Shown one piece after another: positions 22,477-24,000 of a stretch of DNA of 24,000 nucleotides. The notes under the pieces are model-generated. The model ran no database searches and was not told the DNA's origin. It was given only the letters and a program-made list of their open reading frames with translations. Each line of letters starts with the position of its first letter. Positions within the stretch are counted from its first letter, which is position 1. Made by a program: the position numbers and the translations under genes. Source of the stretch: an uncultured Candidatus Micrarchaeota archaeon (GTDB taxonomy: Archaea > Micrarchaeota > Micrarchaeia > Norongarragalinales > Norongarragalinaceae); the NCBI GenBank assembly GCA_903893865.1, contig CAITNU010000066.1, positions 1,094 through 25,093 on the forward strand, given 5' to 3'.

Positions 22477-23034
22477 ATGACACTCAAAATAGTCGGTTTC
22501 GCGGGAAGCTTGCGGACGGCGTCCTACAACAAGAAACTCTTGCGCGTTGCAGCTGCGAAAGCGAACGCGCTCGGCGTTGCGTTCGAGGAAATCGATTTGA
22601 GCGGCGTTCCGCTCTACAACGAGGACGTTGAACGTGTGGGTTTTCCAGTCGCAGTCCAAAAAATGCGCGAAGCAATTGCCGCAGCCGACGGCGTAATCGT
22701 TGCGACTCCCGAATACAATTACTCGGTTTCCTGCGTGACCAAAAACGCGATCGACTGGGCTTCGCGCAACCCGAACGTTTTCACGGGAAAAACAGTCGCA
22801 ATCATGGGCGCTTCCGCCGGCGGTTTCGCGACTGTCCGCGCGCAAGCCGCTATTCGCCCGATTCTCGCGAGCGTAGATGCGTTAGTCCTGCCAACGCCCG
22901 AAGTGCGCGTTTCGAAAGCTGGTGACGCGTTCGACGCCGACGGGGCGCTGAAGGACGCGGCGCTCGACGGCGCCGTCGGAAAACTCGTTGCGCGACTGGT
23001 TTCCGAAATTCAGATTCGCAAAGCCGGAAAATGA
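22477..23034 (+). CDS. NAD(P)H-dependent FMN reductase family oxidoreductase
   Basis: KIVGFAGSLRTASYNKKLL...ADGVIVATPEYNYSVSCVTKNAIDWASR is the FMN_red signature. An AAGGAG SD at 22465-22470 lies 6 nt before the ATG. Confidence 0.8.
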   Translation: MTLKIVGFAGSLRTASYNKKLLRVAAAKANALGVAFEEIDLSGVPLYNEDVERVGFPVAVQKMREAIAAADGVIVATPEYNYSVSCVTKNAIDWASRNPNVFTGKTVAIMGASAGGFATVRAQAAIRPILASVDALVLPTPEVRVSKAGDAFDADGALKDAALDGAVGKLVARLVSEIQIRKAGK

Positions 23035-23112
23035 GCGGAACGAGTCGGCGAGGGCAAGCGTTATATTTCTAGTTCGCGTTTCTTTTCACGGGATGCTTAG
23101 AGGTGGTTTGTT

Positions 23113-23352
23113 TTGGCTAAGAAAGTGATTGTTTACTCCACGCCGACGTGCCCGTACTGCCACATGGCTAAAGACTATTTGAAGGAAAACAAAATCGCGT
23201 TTAAGGATATCGACGTTTCCGACGACAGCGCTGCGGCGCAGGCGATGATTGACAAGAGCGGGCAAATGGGCGTGCCGGTAATCGACATCGACGGCAGAAT
23301 AATAATCGGCTTCGACAGGGAAGCGCTCGCCGCAGCCCTCGGATTGAAATGA
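23113..23352 (+). CDS. Glutaredoxin-like protein (NrdH/YruB-type)
   Basis: 79 aa: KVIVYSTPTCPYCHMAKDYLKENKIAFKDIDV...GQMGVPVIDIDGRIIIGF. It has the CPYC active site and a thioredoxin fold. A GAGGTGG SD at 23100-23106 lies 6 nt before TTG 23113. Confidence 0.85.
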   Translation: MAKKVIVYSTPTCPYCHMAKDYLKENKIAFKDIDVSDDSAAAQAMIDKSGQMGVPVIDIDGRIIIGFDREALAAALGLK

Positions 23353-23424
23353 ATTGCAACGTTTTTCGCGGCGGATGCGTTCTGCACGGCGTTATTTTCT
23401 TTTAGTTAACCAACGGTAATTGTT

Positions 23425-24000
23425 TTGTCAAGCTTGAATATTGCGGTTTTAGGCGAAGACGCGCAAGCGCGAGCTGCGGCGGCAGCGCAAATCGCGAAAA
23501 AAAGCACGGTAGACGATTTAGGCTTTTACCACACCGTATTCCAAGGAAAAATCGTTAACGTCGTAGAAAGCGCTGCTTACCCGCAAAAACCAAGCGCGCT
23601 CCTGCAAGCGATAACCCTCGCTGACTGGAGCGTCGTAGTGGCGCAGCGCGCTTCGCCCAGCCTCGGCGAAATAATCGTTGCTCTCGACTTCCTGCAAGCG
23701 AAAGCGGTTTTCGCGAGCGACTCGCTCGACTTCGCACCGCTTCTAGCGAACACGCGCAATTTGCGCGAAAGCAAAACGTTTGCGGATTTCAACGAAGCCA
23801 AAAATTTTCTTTTAACGCAGGAAAGCGCGGCTTCAAGCGAAGGAAGCGCGGTAACGCTAGTCGACCACTGCTTCGAAGTCAAAGGCGTGGGCACTATAGC
23901 GCTCGGCTTCGTCGCGCGCGGAACGGCGCGAGTGCACGACGAATTCGTTTGCCACCCGTCCGGCAAGCGAATGCAAGTGCGCAGCATTCAAATGAACGAC
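23425..24000 (+). CDS. EF-Tu/SelB-like protein with degenerate G domain (partial; continues past the window end)
   Basis: Absent from the track because it has no in-window stop. My translation from TTG 23425/23434 is (MSS)LNIAVLGEDAQARAAAAAQIAKKSTVDDLGFYHTVFQGKIVNVVES...VTLVDHCFEVKGVGTIALGFVARGTARVHDEFVCHPSGKRMQVRSIQMND. The last part is a typical EF-Tu domain 2 beta-barrel. The P-loop GxxxxGK(S/T) is absent. Confidence 0.5.
   Translation, partial: MSSLNIAVLGEDAQARAAAAAQIAKKSTVDDLGFYHTVFQGKIVNVVESAAYPQKPSALLQAITLADWSVVVAQRASPSLGEIIVALDFLQAKAVFASDSLDFAPLLANTRNLRESKTFADFNEAKNFLLTQESAASSEGSAVTLVDHCFEVKGVGTIALGFVARGTARVHDEFVCHPSGKRMQVRSIQMND

Noticed and set aside
23577-23987. A 136-aa minus-strand ORF.
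   Set aside because: It is antisense to the EF-Tu-like ORF, whose domain 2 motif is recognisable.
1-24000. A scan for tRNA, rRNA, CRISPR arrays, transposases, integrases, long inverted or direct repeats, and known defence genes.
   Set aside because: I could read no cloverleaf-capable segments in the intergenic regions. There are no regularly spaced repeats. No integrase or transposase motifs appear in any frame, and neither do nuclease or ATPase defence hallmarks.

Overview
This is an archaeal chromosomal window. The archaeal assignment rests on ribosomal protein L21e, RNA polymerase subunit F/Rpo4, a DUF655 protein, a TBP-type protein and many class III (type IV pilin-like) signal peptides. 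GC is moderately high, with a few AT-rich islands. Form III RuBisCO plus AMP phosphorylase, many secreted or anchored surface proteins and a secreted lytic transglycosylase suggest a small-genome, possibly DPANN-like archaeon; this is inference only.

Layout:
- 1-3174 (minus strand): ppsA (partial), then a tightly packed SPOUT methyltransferase / Nudix / GNAT operon.
- 3217-4888: a surface-anchored protein and a small Cys-rich secreted protein.
- 4898-7030 (minus strand): a lone 2-oxoacid:ferredoxin oxidoreductase gamma subunit and AMP phosphorylase.
- 7317-14496 (plus strand): a large type IV pilus-like locus. It has 8 proteins with class III signal peptides and an A24 prepilin peptidase. Three unusual membrane proteins are embedded in it, and there is no assembly ATPase or FlaJ/PilC platform gene.
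- 14705-15256: a TM-anchored hypothetical protein.
- 15357-16661: form III RuBisCO.
- 16699-19557: two large Pro/Thr/Ser-linker surface proteins. The first has a strikingly AT-rich 5' module.
- 19637-21003 (minus strand): the DUF655 / rpoF / rpl21e cluster.
- 21231-21533: a single-repeat ('half-size') TBP.
- 21591-22430: a secreted SLT-type lytic transglycosylase.
- 22477-24000: FMN reductase, a glutaredoxin-like protein and a partial EF-Tu-like pseudo-GTPase.

I found no rRNA, tRNA, CRISPR array or mobile element. The best candidates for novelty are the ATPase-less pilin/peptidase locus with its embedded membrane trio, the half-size TBP, the Cys-rich pilin-like paralog pair, and the compositionally mosaic surface protein.
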